From Candidatus Eiseniibacteriota bacterium (GTDB taxonomy: Bacteria > Eisenbacteria > RBG-16-71-46 > CAVPCR01), in the NCBI GenBank assembly GCA_963702435.1, contig CAVPCR010000001.1:1344001-1408000 (forward strand): a stretch of 64,000 nt of DNA, given 5' to 3'. The position numbers and the translations under genes were made by a program. This document shows, in pieces, positions 47,766 to 57,177 of this stretch (the stretch's first letter is position 1; every line of letters begins with the position of its first letter). The notes below the pieces were generated by a model. It did no database searches and was not told the DNA's origin. It saw only the letters and a list, made by a program, of their open reading frames with translations.

Positions 47766-48794
47766 CTATCGGGTCAGGTCGGTCTTCCTCGCCGGCACCG
47801 GGGTCGCCGCCGGCACCGGGGTCGCCGCCGCCACCTTGGCGTCGTCGCGGAGTTCCTTGCCGAGCGACTGCATGAGCACCCGGAGATCGGCGAGCATCTG
47901 CGGATCCTCCCGGATGACCTTCTTGTCCATGGCCACCGCTTCTCCCGTGAACGATGCGAGCGTCGCGTCGGCTCCCATCACGATGCGCGTCTCCCCGACG
48001 TACTGACCTCGCTGGCCGGACCGAACGATGACCGCGCCCGCGACTTCCTTCAGCGCATCCGTGCCCGGGTAGTGGCCGAGAACGACCGCGTCGATCCCCG
48101 GCACGCTCTGCGGCAGATTCGCCGCGTCGGCCGCGGCGATGTGCGCGAGAACGACCACGACATCGGCCCTGGCCTTGACCTCCGGCACCAGCCGCTTCGC
48201 GGCGGCGACCGGATCCTCGATCGCAAAACCGAGATCGGCGAGCTTCGCGGCGCCGTCGCCGAAATCCGGACCGACGAGACCGATCACCCCGCAGGTCACT
48301 CCGCCCACCTTCCTCAAGATGAACTTCTCGCCGACGGGCTCGCCGCTCCCGGCGAAGGTCACGTTGGCGAGCGTCACCGGCACGCGCGTCGAGTCGAGGA
48401 TGGCGCGCACGTGGTCGGCGCCGCGAGCGAGCTCGAGATCGCCGAGGGTCATCGCGTCATAGCCCATGCGGCCCATGGCGCGAAGGATGAACCAGCTCTC
48501 CTGCGGGGCGGAGGCCGCCGCCGGGTGGGAGTAGTCGCCGGCGTCGACGACGAGCACGGGCCCGCGGCTGCGCATCGAATCGATGTAGGCCGAGCGGCGC
48601 GTGAGGCCGCCTTTCTCGGAGCTCTTGCACCCGCAGTGATCCACCTCGCCGCGATTCGACGCGGTCGAGAGGATGACCAGCTCCTGCTTGTCGCCCGGGG
48701 CGGCGGCCGCCGGCGCGAGAGGCGCACCGGCGAGAACGGCAGCGGCGGCGAGAACGGCAGCGGCGGCGAAGATCGGAACGAGAATTCGGGACAT
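47766..48794 (-). CDS. Secreted UshA/5'-nucleotidase-like metallophosphoesterase domain with a CGC motif
   Basis: GEVDHCGC...GGLTRR, VVDAGD, GYDAMTLGDLE, VVLAH, IDAVVLGH, GQYVG. Confidence 0.75.
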   Translation of the reverse strand: MSRILVPIFAAAAVLAAAAVLAGAPLAPAAAAPGDKQELVILSTASNRGEVDHCGCKSSEKGGLTRRSAYIDSMRSRGPVLVVDAGDYSHPAAASAPQESWFILRAMGRMGYDAMTLGDLELARGADHVRAILDSTRVPVTLANVTFAGSGEPVGEKFILRKVGGVTCGVIGLVGPDFGDGAAKLADLGFAIEDPVAAAKRLVPEVKARADVVVVLAHIAAADAANLPQSVPGIDAVVLGHYPGTDALKEVAGAVIVRSGQRGQYVGETRIVMGADATLASFTGEAVAMDKKVIREDPQMLADLRVLMQSLGKELRDDAKVAAATPVPAATPVPARKTDLTR

Positions 48795-49063
48795 GGGATG
48801 GCTCCTTCCTGCGGCCCGGTCGGGACAGGGGTGCCGTGGCCGCACACCATCAAGATACGGAGGCGCCGCCGACGCGCGGGTAAGAAGCGTGTAAGAACGA
48901 GCGGGGCCGCGCGGACGATGGGGCGCCGGGGGCGAATGGCGAGCCGCTCGGCCCGTGACGATCCTGCTTGCCCGTCACGCCGCCGCGCCTCACAATCCGG
49001 CCGCTCGCCGGACCAGCGTTTCGCCCGGGCTCGCTCGAGCCACGGAGATGACGGAGGATCCCC

Positions 49064-50710
49064 ATGGACCGCCGAGACTTTCTCCGCACGTCGCTCGCCG
49101 CAGGCGCCATCGCCGCCACCGGCGCCATCGAAGCCGGCTGCCGCCGCACCGAGGAGCGCGCCGCAAGCCAGTCGCCGCCGCCGCCCGCTTCTGCCCCTCC
49201 GCCCACCGCCTTCGAGCTCGAGGAGCTCACCATCGCCGAGCTGCAAGCCGGAATGGCCGCCGGCCGCATTACTGCGCGCTCTCTCACGGCCGCCTACCTG
49301 GGACGCATCGAGGAGTTCGATCGCAAGGGATCCGCGCTCCGCTCGGTGATCGAGCTCAATCCGAACGCCATTGCGATCGCCGCCGAGCTCGACGGCGAAC
49401 GGCAGACGAAGGGCCTACGCAGTCCGCTGCACGGGATCCCCATCCTCTTGAAGGACAACATCGGCACCGCCGACCGCATGACGACGACCGCCGGTTCGCT
49501 CGCGCTCGCCGGCTCGATCCCCGCGCGGGACTCCGCGGTCGCCGCGAAGCTCCGCGCCGCCGGCGCCGTCCTCCTCGGCAAGACGAACCTGAGCGAGTGG
49601 GCGAACATCCGCTCCATGCACAGCTCGAGCGGCTGGAGCGCGCGCGGGGGGCAGTGCCGGAATCCCTATGTCCTCGACCGGAACCCGTGCGGCTCGAGCT
49701 CGGGCTCCGGAGCGGCGACCTCGGCCAATCTCGCCGCGGCGGCGATCGGCACCGAGACCGACGGCTCGATCGTCTGCCCGGCGAACACCTGCGGCATCGT
49801 CGGCTTGAAGCCCACGGTGGGCCTCGTGAGCCGCCGCGGTGTGATCCCGATCTCGCACACGCAGGACACGGCCGGTCCGATGACGCGCACGGTCGCCGAT
49901 GCCGCCCTCATCCTCGGGGTCCTCGCGGGAGTCGATCCGGAGGATCCGGCCACCGAGGCGCGCGGCGGCGAGGCGCCGCCCGACTACATGCAGTTCCTCG
50001 ATGCGGGCGGCCTCGCCAACGCCCGCCTCGGGGTCGCGCGCCAGTACGCGGGGTTCCACCGCGACGTCGACCGGCTGTTCGACGCTGCGCTCGACGCGCT
50101 CAAGAAGCAGGGCGCCGTCCTCGTCGATCCGGTCGCGCTGACGCCGGACTCGGAGATCGGCGAGGCCGAGCTCGCCGTCCTCCTCTACGAGCTCAAGGCG
50201 GATCTCAACGCCTATCTCAAGTCGCTCGGGCCCACGGCGCCGGTCAAGTCGCTGGCCGAGGTGATCGCGTTCAACGAGAAGAACGCCGAGCGCGAGATGC
50301 CGTACTTCGGGCAGGAGTTCTTCGAGCAAGCCGTGGCCAAGGGCCCACTCTCGTCACCCGAGTACCGGGCGGCGCTCGCGAAGTGCGGCGAGCTCGCGCG
50401 CGCGAAGGGGATCGACGCCGTCATGGCGAAGCACCGGCTCGATGCCATCGTGGCGCCCACCGGCGGTCCGGCCTGGGTCACCGATCTCGTGACCGGCGAC
50501 CACTTCAGCGGCGGCTCCTCGACCCTGCCCGCGGTGGCCGGCTATCCGAACATCACGGTGCCGGCGGGGCACATCCGCGGGCTCCCGGTGGGGATCTCCT
50601 TCTTCGGGCGAGCGTGGAGCGAGCCCGTGCTCTTCCGGCTCGCCTACGCCTTCGAGCAGGCGACGCGCCATCGCCGCGCGCCGCGCTTCCTCGCGACCGT
50701 CGAGCTGTAG
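49064..50710 (+). CDS. Amidase (amidase-signature family) with a Tat signal; possible lipoprotein
   Basis: RRDFL; LHGIPILLKDNI, GKTNLSEW, GSSSGS, GTETDGSIVCP. Confidence 0.93.
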   Translation: MDRRDFLRTSLAAGAIAATGAIEAGCRRTEERAASQSPPPPASAPPPTAFELEELTIAELQAGMAAGRITARSLTAAYLGRIEEFDRKGSALRSVIELNPNAIAIAAELDGERQTKGLRSPLHGIPILLKDNIGTADRMTTTAGSLALAGSIPARDSAVAAKLRAAGAVLLGKTNLSEWANIRSMHSSSGWSARGGQCRNPYVLDRNPCGSSSGSGAATSANLAAAAIGTETDGSIVCPANTCGIVGLKPTVGLVSRRGVIPISHTQDTAGPMTRTVADAALILGVLAGVDPEDPATEARGGEAPPDYMQFLDAGGLANARLGVARQYAGFHRDVDRLFDAALDALKKQGAVLVDPVALTPDSEIGEAELAVLLYELKADLNAYLKSLGPTAPVKSLAEVIAFNEKNAEREMPYFGQEFFEQAVAKGPLSSPEYRAALAKCGELARAKGIDAVMAKHRLDAIVAPTGGPAWVTDLVTGDHFSGGSSTLPAVAGYPNITVPAGHIRGLPVGISFFGRAWSEPVLFRLAYAFEQATRHRRAPRFLATVEL

Positions 50711-50742
50711 CGGGGCGTGACCGTCCGGGGCGAACCGCGCGT

Positions 50743-53268
50743 TCAGCGCAGCCCGCCGACCACGAAGAGATCGTTCACGAACTGCGCGAACGAGGCCACG
50801 TAGCGCTCGCCATCGGGGGTCAGGATCACGCTGATGAAGCCGGTGGCGCCGCTTCGGGTCATCGGCTCGATCTCGAGCCACGGCTCCCGGCGGCCTGTCG
50901 CGAGATCGATGCGATCGACACGGGCCGGAATCCTGCCGCGCTGGAAGACATAGATTGCGCTCCCGTCGGGCGCGTGGCCGCAGGGGCGTTCGTCCGTCTT
51001 CATGGTGGGAATCGGCACCGGAGGACCGCCGTCGACCGGGAAGAGCGCGAACAGGCCGCTCGCCTGACGCATGGATACGAAGTTCCCATCCGGAGTGGGA
51101 ATCGGGAAGGTCATCGCGACCGGGTGACCGGTCAAGGGTTCGCACTCACCGCCGGGGATCCGGATCCGGTAGAGGCCGAGCGGTTCTCCCGGGCGATTGG
51201 CCACCGCCACGACCGACTTCCCGTCCGGGAAGGCTCGCGCAAAGTGACACTGCAGGTCGCCGACGTCGATCACCGTGGGCTCACCCGCTCCCAGTGGATG
51301 GACAAGGAGCTGGCGTGTGGCACGATCGATGTCAAACGTGAGCACGTGCCCGCCATCGGGCATGAAGCTCATGGCCACGCCGTCGGCAATGCGGACGGCG
51401 GGCGAGCCGTCCGTCGCGCGCACGAAGACCGCGCCGCCGTGCATGATCCCCGGGCCCGTCTCGTCGAAGAGCGCGAGCTTCCCGTCGGGTGAGATGTCGC
51501 GGGCCAGGCTCCAGTCGAGCCAGGAGAGCTCCTGCCGGTCGCCGCCGGCGGCCCCGCGCGTGCCGGTCTGCAGGCGGAGGCGCGGTTTCGAGCGGATGAC
51601 GAGCGCCCTTCCGGTCGCTGCGAACGCCTGGATGTCCACCCAGCCCATGCTCTGATACACGCGCCGCAAACGGCCGTCGAGCCCGGCGGCATAGATCATC
51701 CCACTCGTCCCCGTCCGTAGCACCGCGGAGAACCAGATCTCCTCGCCCGTGGGATGCCAGGCGATGGCCGACGCGCTGTTCAGATCCTTCACCAGTACCC
51801 GCACCGCGCCGCCGGGCTCGATCACGATGAGATCCCCACCGTTGTCGCCCCCGATCGGATGCTCGAAGCAGGCGAGCCGCCGCCCATCAGGCGAGACGCG
51901 CACCTGGCTCAGCCATCCGGACGACTCGTAGATCGAGCGCCCGAGCGGGTACTCGAGTCGGAACCGTCCCTCGACCTCGCGAATCGCGGCAATCGACTTC
52001 CCGTCCGGCCCCCAGTCCGCCATGTAGACGTCGCGCGCGAGCTCGCGCGGGACACCGCCGAGCATCGAGACCCGGGCGAGGGTGTGAAGGCGGACGAATC
52101 CGCCCATGTCGCGCGGATCGAGCCCGACGGCGAGCTCCGCGCTGGACGACACGCCGAGGAGCACCGCGGAGCCGAGATTGAGTGGCTGGTAATCAGGGTT
52201 GTCGGTCCGCGTGAGGTAGAGCTCCCACGGCCCTCCTTCCCAGGTGGCGTGGTAGACGACGGTCGTGCCGTCGGGCGCGAAGCGGGCGCTGGCAACCATG
52301 CCCTCGCGGAAGGTGAGCTGATGGATGTCGAGCTCGTCCGACTCCGGGACCGCGGCCGCGGCCGCGCCGCCGATCGCGGGCCCGGCCGCCGCGTGCGCGC
52401 GCGCGGTGGCGACCAGGATCTCGAGCGCGTAGGCGAGATCGCGCGATGATTCGAAGCGCACGTCCGGACGCTTCTCCAGGCAGCGGCGGATGAGCGCGCC
52501 GAGGCCCGGGAGCGCCACCTCGATCTCCGGCGCGAGCGGGACCGGATCGGCGGCGAGGATCGCGCTCACCCGATCGGCCGCCGTGTCGCCGGCGAAGGCG
52601 AGAGCGCCCGAGACCATCTCGTGGAGGATGGCGCCGAGCGCGAAGAGATCGGCGCGATGGTCCACCGGGCGATCGCGGAGCTGCTCGGGCGCCATGTAGG
52701 ACACGGTGCCGAGGATGGTGCCGGCCTGGGTGAGGGCGGCGAATGCGGGCGTCGTCGCCCCGTTTTCCGCGCTCTCCGCGCTCTCGGGACGCATGAGCTT
52801 GGCGATCCCGAAGTCGAGGACCTTCACCCGGTCGTCCGGCAGCACGAACAGGTTCTCGGGCTTCAAGTCGCGGTGAACGATGCCCTTGGCGTGTGCGGCA
52901 GCGAGCCCCTGCGCCACCTGGATCATGAGCGCGGCGGCTCGCGCCGGCGCAAGCGGTCCGCGCGCGAGCACGACGCGGAGCGTTTCGCCCTCGAGCACCT
53001 CGGTGACGAGATAGGGCACGCCGTCCGCCACCCCGACGTCATGGATCGTGACGATGTTCGGATGGTTGAGACCGCCCGCCGCCCGCGCCTCGGCCTCGAA
53101 GCGCTGCTGCCGCTCGGGGTCGCCGGCCACCGCCGGCGGCAGCACCTTGACCGCCACCTCGCGGCCGAGCCGCGGATCGCGCGCGCGATAGACCTCGCCC
53201 ATGCCGCCGGCGCCGAGAAGGCCGACGATCTCGTAATGGCCGAGTCGCGTGCCGGGACGGAGGCTCAT
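50743..53268 (-). CDS. Ser/Thr protein kinase with a C-terminal TolB/PD40-like beta-propeller
   Basis: GAGGMGEVY, VAVK, HRDLKPEN, DFG, YMAPE; SPDG repeats. Confidence 0.92.
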   Translation of the reverse strand: MSLRPGTRLGHYEIVGLLGAGGMGEVYRARDPRLGREVAVKVLPPAVAGDPERQQRFEAEARAAGGLNHPNIVTIHDVGVADGVPYLVTEVLEGETLRVVLARGPLAPARAAALMIQVAQGLAAAHAKGIVHRDLKPENLFVLPDDRVKVLDFGIAKLMRPESAESAENGATTPAFAALTQAGTILGTVSYMAPEQLRDRPVDHRADLFALGAILHEMVSGALAFAGDTAADRVSAILAADPVPLAPEIEVALPGLGALIRRCLEKRPDVRFESSRDLAYALEILVATARAHAAAGPAIGGAAAAAVPESDELDIHQLTFREGMVASARFAPDGTTVVYHATWEGGPWELYLTRTDNPDYQPLNLGSAVLLGVSSSAELAVGLDPRDMGGFVRLHTLARVSMLGGVPRELARDVYMADWGPDGKSIAAIREVEGRFRLEYPLGRSIYESSGWLSQVRVSPDGRRLACFEHPIGGDNGGDLIVIEPGGAVRVLVKDLNSASAIAWHPTGEEIWFSAVLRTGTSGMIYAAGLDGRLRRVYQSMGWVDIQAFAATGRALVIRSKPRLRLQTGTRGAAGGDRQELSWLDWSLARDISPDGKLALFDETGPGIMHGGAVFVRATDGSPAVRIADGVAMSFMPDGGHVLTFDIDRATRQLLVHPLGAGEPTVIDVGDLQCHFARAFPDGKSVVAVANRPGEPLGLYRIRIPGGECEPLTGHPVAMTFPIPTPDGNFVSMRQASGLFALFPVDGGPPVPIPTMKTDERPCGHAPDGSAIYVFQRGRIPARVDRIDLATGRREPWLEIEPMTRSGATGFISVILTPDGERYVASFAQFVNDLFVVGGLR

Positions 53269-53286
53269 CGTGCGCAGGGTGTCCGG

Positions 53287-54045
53287 CTACTTGGTGCGCG
53301 CGACCACGTTGTCCACGTAGAAGGTCCCGGCGCCGTCGTTCCAGGAAGCGAAGCTCAGATGAGTGAGTTTCTTGGGGGTCTTGCCCTTGGGCGCGAAGGC
53401 CTCGAGAGCCTTGGGCGCGCCGCCCTTGACCGAGACCTGGTAGCCCTCCTTCTTCGGCTGGACGGTCAGGGCGATATGGTGCCAGACGCCGAGATCCAGA
53501 TTGCTCGCGACGAGCGTCTTCTGCGCCCAGTCCTTGCCGCGCTCGCGCGCGAAGAGGTTGACCTTGCCCTTCACCGCCGCGTTCTCGAAGGCCAGGAAGA
53601 CGAACCGCTCGGCACCGGTCGAGTTGGGTCCGTTCTTGCCGTCGGTGCTCGTGCCGACCAGGATGAAGGCGGAACGATTGTCCTTGGGCAGGATCTCCTT
53701 GACCAGGATGTCGAACTCGACCGTGAAGTCGCCCGTCTGGTCGGCCGGAAAGCGCTGGCTCAGGTACGTGTTGAACTTGAGGTCGCCCTTGATCATGGCC
53801 TTCTGGGTGGCGTTCGCGGCCACCGGCTTCTTGCTCAGGATGAGCAGCGCGCGGCCTTCCTTGCCGTCCTTGCGGCTCTCGTACCAGTCCTGTCCCTTCT
53901 CGTCCTTCCTGAGCTGCCCACTGCTCTTGCTCAGGTCGAAGCTGCCGTCGGTGACGAGATCGACTGCCGCCGCCGGCTGGCAGGCGACGATCGACAGCAA
54001 GGCGGTGAACGTGGCGATGCGTTCAATCATCTTCGGGATAGGCAT
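53287..54045 (-). CDS. Secreted hypothetical protein, possibly ConA/beta-sandwich
   Basis: N-terminal signal; WHHIALTV and FYVDNV motifs; GC-biased codons. Confidence 0.65.
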   Translation of the reverse strand: MPIPKMIERIATFTALLSIVACQPAAAVDLVTDGSFDLSKSSGQLRKDEKGQDWYESRKDGKEGRALLILSKKPVAANATQKAMIKGDLKFNTYLSQRFPADQTGDFTVEFDILVKEILPKDNRSAFILVGTSTDGKNGPNSTGAERFVFLAFENAAVKGKVNLFARERGKDWAQKTLVASNLDLGVWHHIALTVQPKKEGYQVSVKGGAPKALEAFAPKGKTPKKLTHLSFASWNDGAGTFYVDNVVARTK

Positions 54046-54305
54046 CTCGCGCTTCCTTTTCTCCCGCGGCCGGCGGCCCGCCCGCGGGCCGCTCGAACGA
54101 CCTCACACCCGTGCTCCCTCCGCCCCCCGCGCCGGACGGACCGCGCCCGCGGCTCGGGCCGAGCGAAATGACGTCGGCCGGGGATTATACCCGGATTCAC
54201 GGGTTCCTTCAGCGCCCGCGCCGCGCTTCCGATAAACTGGGCGTGCCCTCCTCGGTTCGGTCCCGGCCGGGCCGGCGCTCGAACACGCCGATCCCTGGAT
54301 TCCCG

Positions 54306-55154
54306 ATGACGCATGACAAGGACTCCCAGGAGTTCCTGAACCTGCTCGCCGCCGAGCGGCGCGCCTACACGCTCCCGCTCCGCGCCCCGGCGGTGGCCCG
54401 GGACTTCGTCTACGACCTCCTCTCCCTCCTCTTCCCGCACTTCGCGGAGGAAGACCGGAGCGAGCCCGAGCAGGTGGCCTACGACTACTGGCGCGCTCGC
54501 GAGCGGATCGCGCTCTTCCTGAAGGCGCACCCCGAGAACCGGGAACGCGCCGGGAATCTGGCCAAGGAGTTCCTCTCGCGCCTGCCCTGCATCCGGGAAG
54601 CGCTCCTCGCCGATGCGCGCGCCACCTACGAGGCCGACCCCGCCGCGCGGAGCGTCGACGAGGTCGTCGTCGCCTACCCGGGCTTCTTCGCGCTCGCCTG
54701 CTGCCGCTTCGCGCACGAGCTCTATCTCATGCAGGTGGAGCTCCTGCCGCGGCTCATGACCGAAGTGGCACACAAGGAGACCGGCATCGACATCCATCCC
54801 GGCGCCACCATCGGGCGCTCGATGTCGATCGACCACGGCACTGGCATCGTGATCGGCGAGACCACCGTGATCGGCGACCGCGTGCGTCTTTACCAGGGCG
54901 TCACGCTCGGCGCGCTCTCCGTTGACAAGCATCAGACCAACGCCAAGCGCCACCCGACGATCGAGGACGACGTCATCATCTACGCGAATGCCACCATCCT
55001 CGGCGGCAGCACGGTGATCGGCGCCGGCAGCGTGATCGGCGGCAACGTGTGGCTCACCCAGAGCGTCCCCCCGGGCAGCCTGGTCACCGAGGTCGCGCAG
55101 ATCCAGAAGCGGACCGCCAACGGCAACGCCGCCGGCGACATCCGCAAGGAGTGA
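54306..55154 (+). CDS. cysE: Serine O-acetyltransferase
   Basis: DPAA...[42 protein letters not shown]. Confidence 0.92.
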   Translation: MTHDKDSQEFLNLLAAERRAYTLPLRAPAVARDFVYDLLSLLFPHFAEEDRSEPEQVAYDYWRARERIALFLKAHPENRERAGNLAKEFLSRLPCIREALLADARATYEADPAARSVDEVVVAYPGFFALACCRFAHELYLMQVELLPRLMTEVAHKETGIDIHPGATIGRSMSIDHGTGIVIGETTVIGDRVRLYQGVTLGALSVDKHQTNAKRHPTIEDDVIIYANATILGGSTVIGAGSVIGGNVWLTQSVPPGSLVTEVAQIQKRTANGNAAGDIRKE

Positions 55155-55158
55155 GGCC

Positions 55159-56070
55159 ATGAGGGCCACGACGATCCTCGACACGATCGGCCGCACCCCC
55201 CACGTCCGCCTCAACCGGCTCTTCGACCCGCGCGTCGAGGTCTGGATGAAGCTCGAACGCGCCAATCCGGGCGGCAGCATCAAGGACCGGATCGCCCTCG
55301 CCATGATCGAGGACGCCGAGCGGCGCGGGGTGCTCGGGCCCGCGAGCGTCATCATCGAGCCGACCTCGGGCAACACCGGGATCGGCCTCGCCATGGTGGC
55401 CGCGGTCAAGGGCTACCGCCTGATCCTCGTGATGCCGGAGTCGATGTCCATCGAGCGCCGCCGCATCATGGCGGCCTACGGCGCCGAGCTCGAGCTCACA
55501 GCGCGCGAGCTGGGCATGACGGGCGCCATCGCGCGCGCGAACGAGCTCCGGGCGGGAACGCCCCACGCCTGGATCCCGCAGCAGTTCGAGAACCCCGCCA
55601 ACGTGGCGGTCCATCGCCGGACGACGGCCGAGGAGATCCGTGCCGACTTCCCCGACGGGCTCCACTACCTGATCACCGGCGTCGGCACCGGCGGGCATAT
55701 CACGGGCGTGGCCGAGGCGCTCAAGGAGATGATGCCCCGGCTCCGCGTTCTGGCGGTCGAGCCGGCCAAGTCGCCGGTGCTCGCGGGCGGCACGCACGCG
55801 CCGCACAAGATCCAGGGGATCGGCGCCGGCTTCGTACCGGCCGTGCTCAACCGCGCGATCCTCGACGGCACCGTTCAGGTGACCGAGGAGGAGGCCTTCG
55901 ACTACGCGCGGCGCGCCGCCCGTGAAGAGGGAATCTTCATCGGCGTGTCATCTGGCGCATCGCTCGCTGCCATCGCCAGGACCCGGCCGGAGATTCCCAA
56001 CGGAAGCCGCGTCCTCACCTTCTGCTACGACACCGGGGAGCGGTACCTGTCGGTCGAGGGCCTCTTCTGA
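55159..56070 (+). CDS. cysK: Cysteine synthase A
   Basis: [41 protein letters not shown]. Confidence 0.95.
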   Translation: MRATTILDTIGRTPHVRLNRLFDPRVEVWMKLERANPGGSIKDRIALAMIEDAERRGVLGPASVIIEPTSGNTGIGLAMVAAVKGYRLILVMPESMSIERRRIMAAYGAELELTARELGMTGAIARANELRAGTPHAWIPQQFENPANVAVHRRTTAEEIRADFPDGLHYLITGVGTGGHITGVAEALKEMMPRLRVLAVEPAKSPVLAGGTHAPHKIQGIGAGFVPAVLNRAILDGTVQVTEEEAFDYARRAAREEGIFIGVSSGASLAAIARTRPEIPNGSRVLTFCYDTGERYLSVEGLF

Positions 56071-56226
56071 CCGGCTGGAGCCTCTCTGACCGGCACGCGC
56101 CGCACCCCCTCCGGCGGCTGTTTCGTGCTATAGTAATCGCAGGTTACGCTGCAACGACACCGCTCCGTCCTAGCCCTGCAGCATGCTCTCCTGGGCCGCC
56201 GCAGTTGATGAAGGAGGCGTCCGATC

Positions 56227-57087
56227 ATGCACCACCTGACGAGAGGGCTTCCCGCGTTTCTGGCTCTCATCTTCCTGCTGATTCCCGCGGCTCCGCTCCA
56301 GGCGCGAATCGAGGTCTCCATCGATGAAGTGGCCTGGGAGAATCGGGGAGTCCCGCCCAATCAGACCGTCCTCTTCACGATCCCCTTCGTGAATCCGGAC
56401 GCCGAGACCACGCCGCCGACCGACGGCACGCTCAATGCCCAGGAGTTCGGCGCATTCCTCCCGGACACGGACCTGATCTGCGAGTTCACGGTCCCCTCCA
56501 TCCCGCCGAATGGCCGAGTCGAGGTGACCTGCGAGATCGGCCTGGATGAGCTCCCCGGCAACGCGCCGCGGCTCGATCTGGCCGGCAACTGGCTCGCTCT
56601 GCCCGGGAGCCCGCCGCCGCCGGGATTCCCCTCCATCGCCGTCGTCGGCTGCCCCTTGCCCGACTACTGGGGCGGCGGCATCGACATCATCTGGGGGGGC
56701 AACCAACCCGGACAGGCGATCATCCATCGCGGCGTGCTCCCGGTCTGCCAGGGATTCGCGTCGTCGTACATCGAGATCACGACCAACTGCACCGAGGGCG
56801 GCGGAATCGGCTGGTCCTTCTCCAACGTCTGTCCCAACTGGACGGCCAACGTGGTCAACAGCCAGTTCGCGCCGGCCCCCAACCCGCTGCCGGCAGGGCA
56901 GTGGACCGGGTGGATCGAGCTGACCAGCAGCCTCCCGCTCGGCGCGAGCTGCGATATCGATCTCGACATGACCTGCGGCACCGGAATCGCGAAGATCAAC
57001 GTCACGGGCCAGGTCTGCGAGTGCGATCGGCCTCTTCCGCTCGAGCCCTCGACATGGGGTCAGATCAAGTCGATGTACCCGGACTGA
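56227..57087 (+). CDS. Secreted Cys-containing hypothetical protein ending in a TWGxIKxxY motif
   Basis: AAGGAGG SD, signal peptide, C-terminus PLPLEPSTWGQIKSMYPD. Confidence 0.75.
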   Translation: MHHLTRGLPAFLALIFLLIPAAPLQARIEVSIDEVAWENRGVPPNQTVLFTIPFVNPDAETTPPTDGTLNAQEFGAFLPDTDLICEFTVPSIPPNGRVEVTCEIGLDELPGNAPRLDLAGNWLALPGSPPPPGFPSIAVVGCPLPDYWGGGIDIIWGGNQPGQAIIHRGVLPVCQGFASSYIEITTNCTEGGGIGWSFSNVCPNWTANVVNSQFAPAPNPLPAGQWTGWIELTSSLPLGASCDIDLDMTCGTGIAKINVTGQVCECDRPLPLEPSTWGQIKSMYPD

Positions 57088-57122
57088 GAGCGCGGGTCGA
57101 TCGAAGGAAGCGGCAGACACAA

Positions 57123-57158
57123 CGAGGCGGGCGGCGACGGCCGCCCGCCTCGGCTTTT
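57123..57158 (+). terminator. Intrinsic terminator between convergent genes
   Basis: 13-bp stem CGAGGCGGGCGGC/GCCGCCCGCCTCG followed by GCTTTT. Confidence 0.7.
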
Positions 57159-57177
57159 CCGCCCCGGAGTCGCCGCG

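Noticed and set aside
48627..48635. Selenocysteine in the UshA-like protein
   Set aside because: The codons read TGC GGG TGC; there is no in-frame UGA.
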